Origin: Vicugna vicugna
Taxonomy: Eukaryota
Reading direction: 5' to 3'
DNA: 64,000 bases
Assembly (NCBI GenBank): GCA_013265495.1
Contig: MU058213.1
Location: 3,782,001-3,846,000, forward strand
Positions 13,761-25,506 of the stretch are shown one piece after another (position 1 is the stretch's first letter; each line of letters opens with the position of its first letter). The notes beneath the pieces are model-generated. The model had not been told where the DNA came from. It saw only the letters and a program-made list of their open reading frames with translations, and did no database searches. The translations under genes were made by a program, and so were the position numbers.

Positions 13761-15548
13761 ACCTCCACCATGCGATGAGTTCTGATACCATGTTTCACTT
13801 CCTCCTTCAGCCCTTCTGGCTAAGGGATTAGTCTCTGTGCGGGTCCAATCAGCATGGCTTTCTTGCATCTCTTTCTTGTTTGCCCAGCCTTCTTTTTTGC
13901 AGGCCTTAGTACTTATCATTAGTTTCTATATTTGTGAAAATTCAAGTTCTACCCTAAAAACTCCCTTTCTGGGTGCATTGTTTTCACTCTAAGAGGCATT
14001 ACAAAATTCTGGTCTGCCAATTTTGCTTTGATACTAGGAAAGACTTTGGTTCCTTTCTTTGACCCTATACCCCTCTCTTTGTCTGTCTAGTTTCTCAGGG
14101 CTCCATATTCCCTCCAGAGCTGGCAGGATGGGAGATGAAGAAATCTGTATTATGTGTGTATGCTGTGTATCACTAGAGTAGCCATATATTATAATAAAAT
14201 CAGTATCCTTTGGGAGTAAAGAAGGTGCTATCAATACTTATACCTGGATGTCCAGCCCTGTCCTGGCAAACCAGGCCATATGGTCCCACTAGCCTAAGAC
14301 TAAAGTGCTGTTTGCTTTCCCTTTGCCCTTATTGCTTGGGCACACATCTCTCTCAGGGCTCTCGTGAGAAGGAGTGACTGGAACTTGGAAATGAAGAGGC
14401 CTCCAAGGTGAATTCTGAGCTAGAACCCAGTGTAGCCCCTTTAATATGCATGAGACAAAGCCTAAGCAAATTTGTGACTCCTGAGTAGTTGTTGAAGTGA
14501 GTTTGCCATTAGAACCCACCGGATAAGGTAACCCCTGGTGGTAATGCTGCAACCACAGCAGACACAGAAACTCATCTGTGGGCTTTCTTGTTATTCCTTC
14601 TTTGTATTTCCTGCTCCTAGAAAACCCAGTCCCACTACGTAATTCATGGGTCAGAGTTCCCGCTGGGTGTGAATGATAAGTGGGTGTGAAATGGTCAAAC
14701 AAGAATACACCAGGGCCGCAGTAACCAGGCTGGAAGTTGAACACTAGCACTTAAACCCTCCTATCACAGGGTACATTCAAAACACAAATGTGGCAAACCA
14801 GAGAGTCAAGGGGACAGCCCAGAACACTCAAGTGAAGAATAAACTTCTGCCTGAACCAGGGAGCACAGACTCAGAGACAGGGAGCTACAGGAACTGAATT
14901 TTGCTGGCATTTTGCTGAGATCATCAGGATTACCTGCAGCAATTCAGTGACAATGATTCTGTGCTGAAAAGCAGCTTTGGGCATTTGTAAATTCAAAGAA
15001 AAGAATACTGTTCTGGTATTAAGAGCATGACTTAAAGAAGTAACTCTGTGAGAGGCAGGAACAGATATTCGGAAGGGAATGAACAGAGTTCTGACAAAAT
15101 AGGAGAGGAAGAATCTGAGCTAAGCCATACCCGGACAGAAATTATTCTTGCAACCACCCCAGCTCAGGTTTGGCCCTGGGAGGCTAGATCACATTTCCAC
15201 AAAAGCTCATGCAGAATTGATTAAACATGTCCTTAGTTCAATTAACACTTTCGGTCAAGCTCAACCAATTATTTTCCTATCAAGCACTGATTTGAATAAC
15301 TCCTGTAGATATCAGCACCAGCTGGACCTTGAGTAATGACTACAGTCAAAATTCTAGGGCCTAAAAACTACAGGGATAGAGAAGAGATAAGTGATTATGG
15401 GGTTGGGGAGGGTGGGAGAAGAGGATGACCAAGAAGGAGCTGTAACAGCAAGTTTTGGGGCATGAGAGATCTGCTTTATAGCTTGGCTATTGGGGTGGAT
15501 ACATAACTCTAGGCACAAATATCAAAATTCATAAAAGTGCACATCATA

Positions 15549-15623
15549 AGAGGATGGGTATAGCTCAGTGGTAGAGCACACAAGGTTGTGGGTTCAATCC
15601 CCAGTACCTCCATTTAAAAAAAA
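15549..15623 (+). mobile_element. tRNA-derived SINE (camelid Vic-1-like), internally deleted, inside an old L1 3' end
   Basis: A box tagctcagtggtaga, B box ggttcaatcccc, A tail. Imperfect TSD aaaagtgcacatca / aaaagtatacatca. Confidence 0.8.
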
Positions 15624-16509
15624 GTATACATCACAAAGAATGAATTTTACTGTATGTAAATTTTAAGATAATTTAAAACCTTTAATATAAAAGACAAAAC
15701 CATATAAGCAGTCTCTGTGCTCAAGCCCCCCTTCTTGCCATTCTAGACTGTTGCTTTTTAATTTTTAATTGAAATATAGTTGACATACAATATTATGTTA
15801 GTTTCAGGTGTACTACATAATGATTTCACGTTTACATGCATTATGAAATTATCATTCTAAGTCTAGGCACCATCTGTTCCCAATATACTGACCATATTCC
15901 TTATGCTGTATATTACATCACTATGACTTATTTTTTTATCTGGAGGTTTACCTCTTAATTCCCTTCATTTTGCCCACCATTCCGCACTCCTCTCTCCTGG
16001 CAATCAGCTGTTTATTCGCTGTATCTTCGAGTAAGTTGTTATTTTGTTTTGTTTGTTTTGTTTTTTAGATTCCGTGTGTAATTGAAATCATTCAGTATTT
16101 GTCTTTGACTTATTTCACTTAGCCTAATGCCCTCTAGGTCCACCCATGTTGTCACAAATGGCAATTTTTTAATGACTGCATAATATTCTAGTGTGTGTGT
16201 GTGTGTGTGTGTGTATCACATCTTTATCCATTCATCTATAGATAGGTACTGAGGCTGCTTCCGTATCTTGGGGTATTGTAAATAATGCTGCAGTGAATGT
16301 TGGAGGGCATATACATTTTCAAATAGATGCTTTCTTTTGGGTAAATATGAAGTAAAATTGCTGGATAATATGGAAGCTCTATTTTTAATTTTTTGAGGAA
16401 CCTCCATACTGTTTTCCATAGTAGCTGCACCACTTTATAATAACACCAAAAGTGCATGAGGGTTCCCTTTTCTTCATATCTTTGCCAATGCCTGTTGTTT
16501 GCTGTCTTT

Positions 16510-16660
16510 CTTCAATTTATAATCCTTTTATTTTCTATTTTGGGGAGAGGTAATTGGGTTTTTATGTATTTACTTATTTTTAATGGAGGTGCTAGGGATT
16601 GAACCCAGGACCTTGTGCTTGCTAGGCATGCACTCTACTGCTGAGCTATACCTTCCCCAC
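16510..16660 (-). mobile_element. tRNA-derived SINE (Vic-1-like) nested in L1
   Basis: Antisense gggattgaacccagg...ctctactgctgagctatacc. TSD TGCTGTCTTT at 16500-16509 and 16661-16670. Confidence 0.88.
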
Positions 16661-19600
16661 TGCTGTCTTTTTGATAATAGCCATTGTGACAGGTGTGAGG
16701 TGATATCTCATGGTTTTGATGTGTATTTCCTTGATTAGTGACATTGAGCACCTTTTCATGTGTCTTTTGGTCATCTGTATATCTTCTTTGGAAAATGTCT
16801 ATTCAGATCCTCTGCCTATTTTTAAAATCAGGTTGTTTAGTTTTGTTTTGATGTTGAGTTGTGTGAGTTTTTTGTTTAATTTGGATATTAACCCTTTGTT
16901 GGATATATCCTTTGCAAAGATCTTCCATTCAGTAGGCTGCCTTTTCATTTTCTTGAGGGTGTCCTTGGCTGTAGAAAAGCTTTTTAGTTTGATATAGTCC
17001 TACTTGTTGATTTTTGCTTTTGTTTCCCTACCCTGAAGAGACACATCCAAAAAAAAAATTTTTTTTTCTAAGACTGATATTAAAGGGTACTGCCTATTTC
17101 TTCTGGAGTTTTAAGTTTCAGGTCTTATATTTAAGTCTTTCATCCTTTTTGAGTTAATTTTTCTATATGATGTAAGAAAAGAGTCCAGTTTGACTCTTGT
17201 GCATGTAGCTGTCCAGTTGTCCCAAAACCATACACTGAAGAGGCTGTCTTTTCCCCATTGTAGATTCTTGCTTCCTTTGTCATAGATTAATTGACTATGT
17301 AAGTGTGGGTTCATTTTATTGGGCTTTCTATTCTGTTCCATTCATTCTATGTATCTGTTTTTGTGCCAATACCATACTGTTTTGGTTACTTGTATTACAG
17401 TATTATGGTTTGAAATCAGGGCATTTGATACCTTCTTCTTTCTCAAGATTTTTTTGGCTATTCAGGATCTATTGTGTTTCCATACAAATTTTAAAATTAT
17501 TTGTTACAATTCTTTGAAAAATGTTGTTGGTATTTTGATAGGGATTACATTGAATCTGTACATTGACTATGGTAGTATGGTCATTTTAATAATATTAATT
17601 CTTCCAACCCATGAGCATGGTATGTGTTTTCATTTATTTGTGTCAACTTCAATTTCTTTCATCAAAGTCATATAGTTTTCAGAGTCCAGGTATTTTACTT
17701 CCTTGGTTAAATTTATTCTTAGGTATTTTATTTTTTTGATGCAATTGTAAATGGGGTTCTTTTCTTAATTTCTTTTTCTGATAATTTGTTGTTAGTGTGT
17801 AGAAACACAACAGATTTCAGTATATTAATTTTATATCCTGCAAATTTACTAAATTTGTTTTATCAGTTCTAATAGTTTTTTGGTGCCATCTTTAGGATTT
17901 TCTATATATAGTATCATGTCATCTTTAAACAGTGATAGTTTTATTTCTTCCTTTCCAATTTAGATCCCTTTTATTTCTTCTCCCTGTCTGGTTGCTGTGG
18001 CTAGGACATCCAGCACTGAGTTCAATTAAAGTCACAAGAATGAGCATCTTTATCTTGTTCCTGAGGAAATGCTTTCAGTTTTTCATCTTTGAGTATGATG
18101 CTGGCTGTAGATTTGTCACATATGGCCTTTATTATGTTGAGGTATGTTCCCTCTATAACCACTCATTGGAAGTTTTTAGTCATAAATTGATGTTGAATTT
18201 TGCCTAAAGCTTTTTCTGCATCTATTGATTTGATCATGATTTTTATTCTTCATTTTGTTGATGTGGTGTGTCACATGATTGATTTGAGGATATTGAACAT
18301 TCCTTGCATCCCTGGGATAAATCCCACTTGGTCATAGTGTGTGATTCTTTTAATGTATTGTTGAATTTGTTTTGCTAATATTTTGTTGAGGATTTTTCCA
18401 ACTATGTTCAGCAGTGATATTGGCCTATAATGTTCTTTTTTTGTAGTGTCTTTGTCTGGTTTCAGTATCAGAGTGATGCTGGCCTTGTAGAATGAATTCA
18501 AAATCATTCCTTTTTCTTCAATTTTTTTGGAATAGTTTGAGAATAATAAGTGTTAACTTTTCTCTAAATATTTGTTAGAATTCCCTTGTGAAACCATCTA
18601 ACCCTGGACTTTTGTTAGAGGTCTTTTTGCTTACTGATTCAGTTTCATTACTGGCAATTGATCTGTTCATGTTTTCTATTTCTTTCTGATTCAGTCTTGG
18701 GAGACTGTATGTTTCTAGAAATTTATCCATTTCTTCCGGGTTTTTTATTTTATTGGTGTATAATTGTTTGTAGTAATCTCTTATAATCCTTTGTATTTTT
18801 GTGGTGGTTGTTGGAACTTCTACTTTTCTGATTTTATTTATTTGGGGCCTCTCTTTTTTTGTTGATGAGTATGGCTAAGGGTTTAACAATTTTATTTCTC
18901 TTTTCAAATTACTAGCTCTTAGTTTCATGATCTATTTTATTTCTTTCCTTCTACTAACTTTGAATTTTATTTGTTCTTCTTTTTCTAGTGCTTTTAAGTA
19001 TAAGTTTACTATGTTCGTTTGAGATTTTTCTGGTTTCCTGAGGTAGGCTTGTATTACTATAAACTTCCCTCTTAGGATTGCTTTTGCTGTGTCCCATAGA
19101 CTTTGGAATGTTTTGTTTCCATTTTCAATTGTCTCAGGTAGTTTTTGATTTCATCTTTGATTTCTTCATTAACTCTTTGGTGGTTTAGAAGCATGTTGGT
19201 TAGCCTATAGGTATTTTGTGTTTTTCCCCCCATTTTCTTCTTGTAATTGATTTCTGGTTTCATAGCATTGTGATTGGATAAGAAGCTTGATAGGCTTTCA
19301 GTCTTCTTAAATTTGTTAAGACTCATTTTGTGGCCCAGCTTGTGATCTATCTGTAGATTAGTCCACGTGCACTTGAAAAATATGTGTATTCTGCTGGTGG
19401 ATGGATGGAATGTTATATATATATATATAAAGTTCATCTGATCTAATGTTTTGTTTAAGACCACTGTTTCCTTATTGATTTTCTGTCTGGATGATCTGTC
19501 CATTGATGTAAATGGGGTGTTAAGAGTCCCTTATTGCATTACTGTCCATTTTTTTCTTTTTATTTGTTAATGTTGGCTTTATGTATTTAGGTGCTCCAAT

Positions 19601-20202
19601 ATTGGGTGCATATATATTTAAATTGTTACATCTTCTTGTTGGATCAACCGATTTATCATTAGGTCATATCTTTGTTTATATCTTGTTACAGTCTTTGTTG
19701 TAAGGTCTATTTTGTCTGATGTAAGTATTGCTACTCCAGCTTTCTTTTGATTTCCATTTGCATGGAATATCTTTTTCAATCCTTTCTGCTTGTGTCTTTT
19801 GATTGGAGCCTGTAGGCCATTTACATTCAAAGTAATTATTGATAGGTATGTACTTATTACCATTTTGTTAACTGTGTTCTGGTTGCTTGCTTTCTTGTTC
19901 CTTTTTTTTCTCTCTCCCCTTGTGATTTGATGACTATCTGTAGGGTTATGTTTGGATTCCTTTCACTTTTTTGTGTATGTATCTATTGTAGGTTTTTGCT
20001 TTGTAGTGAACATGGGGTTCATCTATAACTATATATATATATATATATGCTTATTTTAAGTTCATGATCCCTTCAGTTAAAACTCATTCTAAAAACCCTG
20101 CATTCTTACTGCCCCCTGCCACATTTAGTATTTTTTGACAATATTTTACATCTTTTTTGTGTATCCCTTACTACTTATAGTGGATATAGATGATTTTACT
20201 AC

Positions 20203-20707
20203 TTTTTATATTAAAGTATAGTTGTACAATATTATGTTACAAGTGTACAATATAGTGATTCACAATTTTAAAGGGTTATATTCCATTCATTGTTATTATA
20301 AAATATTGGCTATGTTCCCCATGTTGTACACTATATCCATGTAGCTTATTTTATACCCAATAGTTCTTACCTATTTCTCCCCTGCCCTATATTGCCCCTT
20401 CTCCCTTCCCTCCCCCTACTGTTATCCACTAGTTTGTTTTGCATGTCTGTGACTCTGCTTCTGTTTTGCCATATTCACTAGATTGTTACATTTTTTAGAT
20501 TCCACATATAGGTAATATCATACAGTATTTGTCCTTCTCTGTCTGACTTATTTCACTTCGCATAATGTTCTCCAAGTCCAATCATGTTGCTGCTAATGGC
20601 AAGATTTTATTCATTTTCATGCCTCAGTAGTATTCCATTTTGTGTGTGTATGTGTGTTTATCACATTCTCTTTATACATTCATCTGTTGATGGACACTTA
20701 GGTTGCT
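20203..20707 (-). mobile_element. Younger LINE-1 3' end nested in the TSD-bounded L1
   Basis: tttttatattaaagtatagttgtacaat...catctgttgatggacacttaggttgc. Confidence 0.82.
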
Positions 20708-23009
20708 CATTGTTGTGAAGAGTCAAGTCCCCACACAGGTGGCTGTGTGGCCTGGGGATTCTTGGAACTGGTGCTGGTGCACTGGTGGGTGGGTCAGTCC
20801 CTAGTGCTAATAGACTAGAGGAAAGACTCCAGTGTAGTGCTTGCCAGCACCAGTGTCCTCATAGTAGAATGAGCTCCCCAAATTGCGGCTGCCAGTGCCT
20901 GTATCCCCACGGGGAGTCCCAGTTTCCTCCTGACTCTCCAGGAGGCTCTTCAAGATCAGCAAGTGGGTCTGACTAGGCTCCTTTCAAATTATTGTGCTGA
21001 GACTCAGAATGTTAAGATTTTATGTGTATCATTTAAGAGCAAACTCTCTGTTTCCTACATCCCTTGGCGCTCCCATATGCAATCCCTGCTGGCCTTCAAA
21101 GCCAGAATTCAACGCTGGGGGATTGTCTTCCCAATTCAGAACCTTCAGACTGGAGAGCTCAATTTGTGGCTCAGACCTCTTGCTCCTTGGGGAGAACCTC
21201 TCATTGCCAACCTAGAGGTGTGAGTCTTAATTGTATCACATATTCACCTTTCCTACCCCTCTGATTGTGGTTCCTTCTCTATATCTTTTGTTGTGGAAAA
21301 TCTTTTATGCTAGTTGATGGCTTGTTCTCATAGATAGTCATTCTGTCAATAGTTGTAATTCTGTTGTGTCCATGGAAGTAAGTGAGCTCAAGGTCTTCCC
21401 TATTCCACTATCATGGCCACCAATCCCTCTCTAGACTGTTGCTTAACAGGTTTATATCTTCCTGATGGATAAAAAGATATATCTGTCTTTTCATGTGTAG
21501 GCATATTGTAGGCCATTAACATAGTAGAAATAGAATATGAAAGTATGTAACTTGCTCCATCAACATTCCCTTATACAGTAGTAAGTAGAACCTTGAGTAC
21601 TAAGATAGCTCAACATTTGTGCTAGTGGTGTAAGAAAGAGGATATATGTGGAGGTAGAGGAAGGTGACATATGAACAGAGTCCTGAATAAGGATTAGTGA
21701 GAATTACTGTGTGGACAGAAAGGAGTACACAAAAGGTGGAGAGCAGACAGATCATGTGAATTCTGGCCTTAATGAGAATGAGTTTTAGTTTAAGTATGGC
21801 AGGAAGCCATTGAGAATAAGCATGGGAATTATCTGCTCTTATTTGCATTTGCAATGTTAAGCCAGAGATGGGGTGCTGGCCAGGCAGCAGAATAAATTTT
21901 TCCCTCTCACCCACTCCTCCCACACTAAAACCCACCCTACCACCATTTCTGCACAGCTTCAATGGCTTTCATGCTTCCCTACCTGCCCCCAAATATCCTT
22001 TCTCCATCTAGCAAGCAGACTAAGCTTTTAAGAAATGCAAAGCTAAATTATAGATGGTACAAGTTCAGGTATTTTTGGAGAGCAGTCCTTCCTGAAATTG
22101 CTCACATCATATCGTTGTGGATCAGAAATTTACTTTAGAATAGCTCATTATGGACAGTGTGATATATGTATGTATAACTTTAATCTACATCCTAGTGTAA
22201 TTAACACTGAGTTAGGTATACATAAATCAGTAGTGTGCAAAAAAAGAAAAGAAAATGCTCACATTCCATAGGCAGTATTCCTAATATCTTTAATCCACAC
22301 AGAGGGCTTGTTAATTAGCATAATACATGTTAGAGATCATTTTTCATTGTAAAATAAGTATTCAAGAGATAGGCATTGGCTAGGGATATTGTAGTGACCC
22401 TTTCATAATTGCATGAACAAGGACAAGATATGAAAATCTGGTGAACCCATTAGTCTCTACTCTTTGGAGTGGCCCTCTGTAATTAGAATTCCAGTTCACC
22501 CTGTGTACAACTCCTTAAGAAGGATTTTGTGACCTGACTTCAACTAGATTATTAGTTCCATCATGTTGCATCTGCCGTGAGTGACTCTTTCATGCAAGTT
22601 GCTTGCTTGACTGCTTGAAAGTACAGAAAGCTGAGGTTTTGGTAAACTTACACTGCAGGTGGTGTGACTGTTCTTACTCCTGCTTACTGATAAAAATGTG
22701 TACATGTGGCAGAATTTGACCTAGAAGTTGATGGTGTTATAAAATCCATGGGATAGATTGTGGGGGAAGAAACTGACATCCCTCAACTATCTGTAACCAT
22801 GGGAAGCTTCCAGTAGAACCTAATGATCAGGAATAATCACACTGGCTTAAGTCAATTTGGAAATACACCAGGTATGACAGCCTACTTTTTGGGGGCTTTG
22901 TTTCTTTGACAGATGACTACGTGCTGTCTCCTTCTATGTAGTATTGAGTACCACCCTTGGAGAAATACAAAATGATAGTGCTGAAAGTAAACAAAATTGT
23001 ATTGTCTGC

Positions 23010-23130
23010 TTGTTCATGTTACACATTGAGAAATTAAGGCTCAGACAGATTAGTTTACATTCTCAAGGTTAATGCATAAGCTAGTTAGTGGTGAAAGGGG
23101 ACTAGGTTGTAAGTCTTCTGACCAAGAAGT
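23010..23130 (-). mobile_element. MIR SINE
   Basis: gagaaattaaggctcagacagattagtttacattctcaaggtta...agctagttagtgg. Confidence 0.65.
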
Positions 23131-23839
23131 CTCATTGTCACACTAATGGAGCCATGTTTTCCAAACCAAAACACACAAGATACGTGATCTGTTAAGTCTG
23201 ATATCACGTATGGGGATAGTAAGACGAAAGACTTGGGGTTCCAAAGGTGCTAACAAAACACCCCCATTGCTTTCAGGCATCCTTATTGCTCTCTACTTAC
23301 CCATGTTCTCACTTCTATGATTCTATATTTCCTAATCTCCTTTAACCACACTAGGAAGTTACTCATTAGCAAAGTTGGGGGATCCAGCAGTATTACACAT
23401 CGACTCTTTCTTCCCATTTCTGCACCCTCTCATATTGTAGGCCAAGAAAGAAGTGTGTTTCCTTTTGCTTTAAGGATACACAATGAATTTTCCTTCTGTC
23501 CAAATGGACCACTTCTTGATGGTCTCTGGCTTACGTATTTCAAATAATGGAAAAATTGTATGAAACAAGACTTATTTCATGGTCTGACTATACCCAGTGT
23601 TAATACTGTCAATTTTTAAATCAACATTTTTTTGGATCCAAATTTAGCAGAATCCTACATCTTTCCCCACCTCTATGTTTTACCATTTGCACAAGGAGCT
23701 ACAGTGATCTCTTAACTCATATCTGAGGGTCTAGGAATGAACATATGGTTCCAAATAACCCAACACTCCAAGTATCATTAGTAAGAAAGTATAAATAATT
23801 TCCTGATATCCACGTAGTTTGATTAATTATACTCAAGAA

Positions 23840-24145
23840 TTAGAGACTCTCCAAGTTGAAAGGAGTGTTAAAGATCCGTCAGGCCAACTGTCCCTGTCAA
23901 GAGTTCATCCAGGTTCTGCCCATACACTGTCACTTCTCACTGACTGCAGTGCTCTTTTCCCAGAGGCAGTTTATTCCAACTAGAGGTATCTTTAACTGCT
24001 AGTCAGTCCTTATTTGAATAGAAATACTCCTCCTTGTGACTCCCGCTAGGCTTTTTCTTCAGCTTCATTAGTATCCTAATGAATAGATCTAATTTTTCTT
24101 TTACTTATCAGCCCTTTAAATATTTGAAAGCAATTTTCATGACCC
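23840..24145 (-). mobile_element. CR1/L3 LINE relic
   Basis: gttgaaaggagtgttaaagatc...gaggcagtttattcca...cagccctttaaatatttgaa. Confidence 0.5.
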
Positions 24146-24349
24146 CATCACAGCTTTAAAACAAACACTTGTAGACAGAAATCTTTATGGAAGACCACAG
24201 AATGAACTCTTAACTTTTCTTCTGATTGTGTTGATATGTCTGATTTATAAAACATCATATATAAAATGTTTTTTAAACTTTTATTAACTTTTTACATAAA
24301 TAATCTGAGTTTTAGTAGAAGTATTTGAAAATTATAGGTAAATATCTTA

Positions 24350-24720
24350 GTATGAGGGTGCCCAGAAACAGATGAGACAAGGATTTGAGTATAAGCAGAT
24401 TTTTTGGGAAATTCAGAATACCTCATGGGTGTGGAGAAGTAATGCAAAGAAGAGCAGCCAGCCAATGACGGTGTGTTATTAAGCCAGCAATCACAGCGGG
24501 CAACTAAAGAGAAATCTCATGGAGAAACCCTGGGAAACGCTGCGAAATAAATGCCTCAGAATGATGCCACCTCAGGGATGAGCTACTAGCTCAGCATTTT
24601 CAGGCTATCCCCAGACCAGCTGTCTTCCACTGCTCTGGAATAAAAAGCTCTCAGGCACAGGGGAAGCCATCAGAAACTGGCTGAAGTACTGCATGGGGCT
24701 CTGACGGCATGTGGGATAAT
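24350..24720 (-). mobile_element. ERVL LTR (LTR33/LTR16 group)
   Basis: cccagaaacagatgagacaaggatttgagtataagcagatttt...gtgtgttattaagccagc. Confidence 0.6.
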
Positions 24721-25506
24721 CAGTAAAATAATGATAATTATAATTATTAATGATTAAAATTTTGATGTACTTCCCTTCAGATTTTTTTCTATGTGTATGT
24801 TTATCTGAATATAAATGATCATAAAATAGGGTCATTCTGCAGTATTAACTTGCAGCCTGCTTTGACACTTAGTAATACCAAATATCACATCTTTCTATGT
24901 CAATAAATATAAATCTGCTCATATCATCACTAATGATGATAAACTGTACCATAATTTATTTAACAGATTCTCTGGTTGGACATTCAGATGGATTCCAGGT
25001 TTGGCTGTTGTTAAGGGAGATGCTTTATTTCAGTCTCATTGAACATTGAATTTATACTTAGTCAGTTGCCACTTAACTGTATGTTTATTATGATAATGTG
25101 CTTAAAAGATATAAATAGTGTTAGAAAGAGTACTGTGGATTCAAATGCCAATGATCCATACTTGCTTTGCAGTTTAGCAATATTACTTAATTCAGATAAG
25201 TCTGAATTCAAAGTACTGTTATACCTTGTGATTATATCACTAGAGACAGCCATTTAGGTAACAGAGATTCAACTTCATGTGTTTCATTTAATACCACTAC
25301 CACAAGTTAGGATCCTTTTTTTTATATGAAGACTGATTTGGATTTGATCTGAGTCCCACCAGTCCAAAGCCATCACGGCTTTCCATGTGCAGTTGTAGAG
25401 TTGGAGTAGGTTCTTTGCTCCTCAGAGCACGTGTTTGTTAGTTTATAGCAGTGCTAGATTACGCACCATGTTCCCATGATCTCAGCTTGTTCAGTGGGTG
25501 TGATAT

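Larger units (their letters stand above)
15757..21429 (-). mobile_element. TSD-bounded LINE-1 with 5' UTR, decayed ORF2 and 3' UTR; ORF1 missing
   Basis: Perfect 15-bp TSD TCTAGACTGTTGCTT at 15742-15756 and 21430-21444. EN start MVISTYLSIITLNVNGL at ~19863. RT/ORF2 remnants in ORFs 18271-18507 and 17111-17341. GC-richer 5' UTR at 20710-21429. Confidence 0.92.

Noticed and set aside
14289..14750. 153-aa minus-strand ORF
   Set aside because: No recognisable domain, non-ATG start and no supporting exon structure.
15549..15612. tRNA gene
   Set aside because: It has A and B boxes but lacks the anticodon arm and carries an A tail and TSD, so it is a SINE. The copies at 16510 and 52272 are likewise tailed SINEs.
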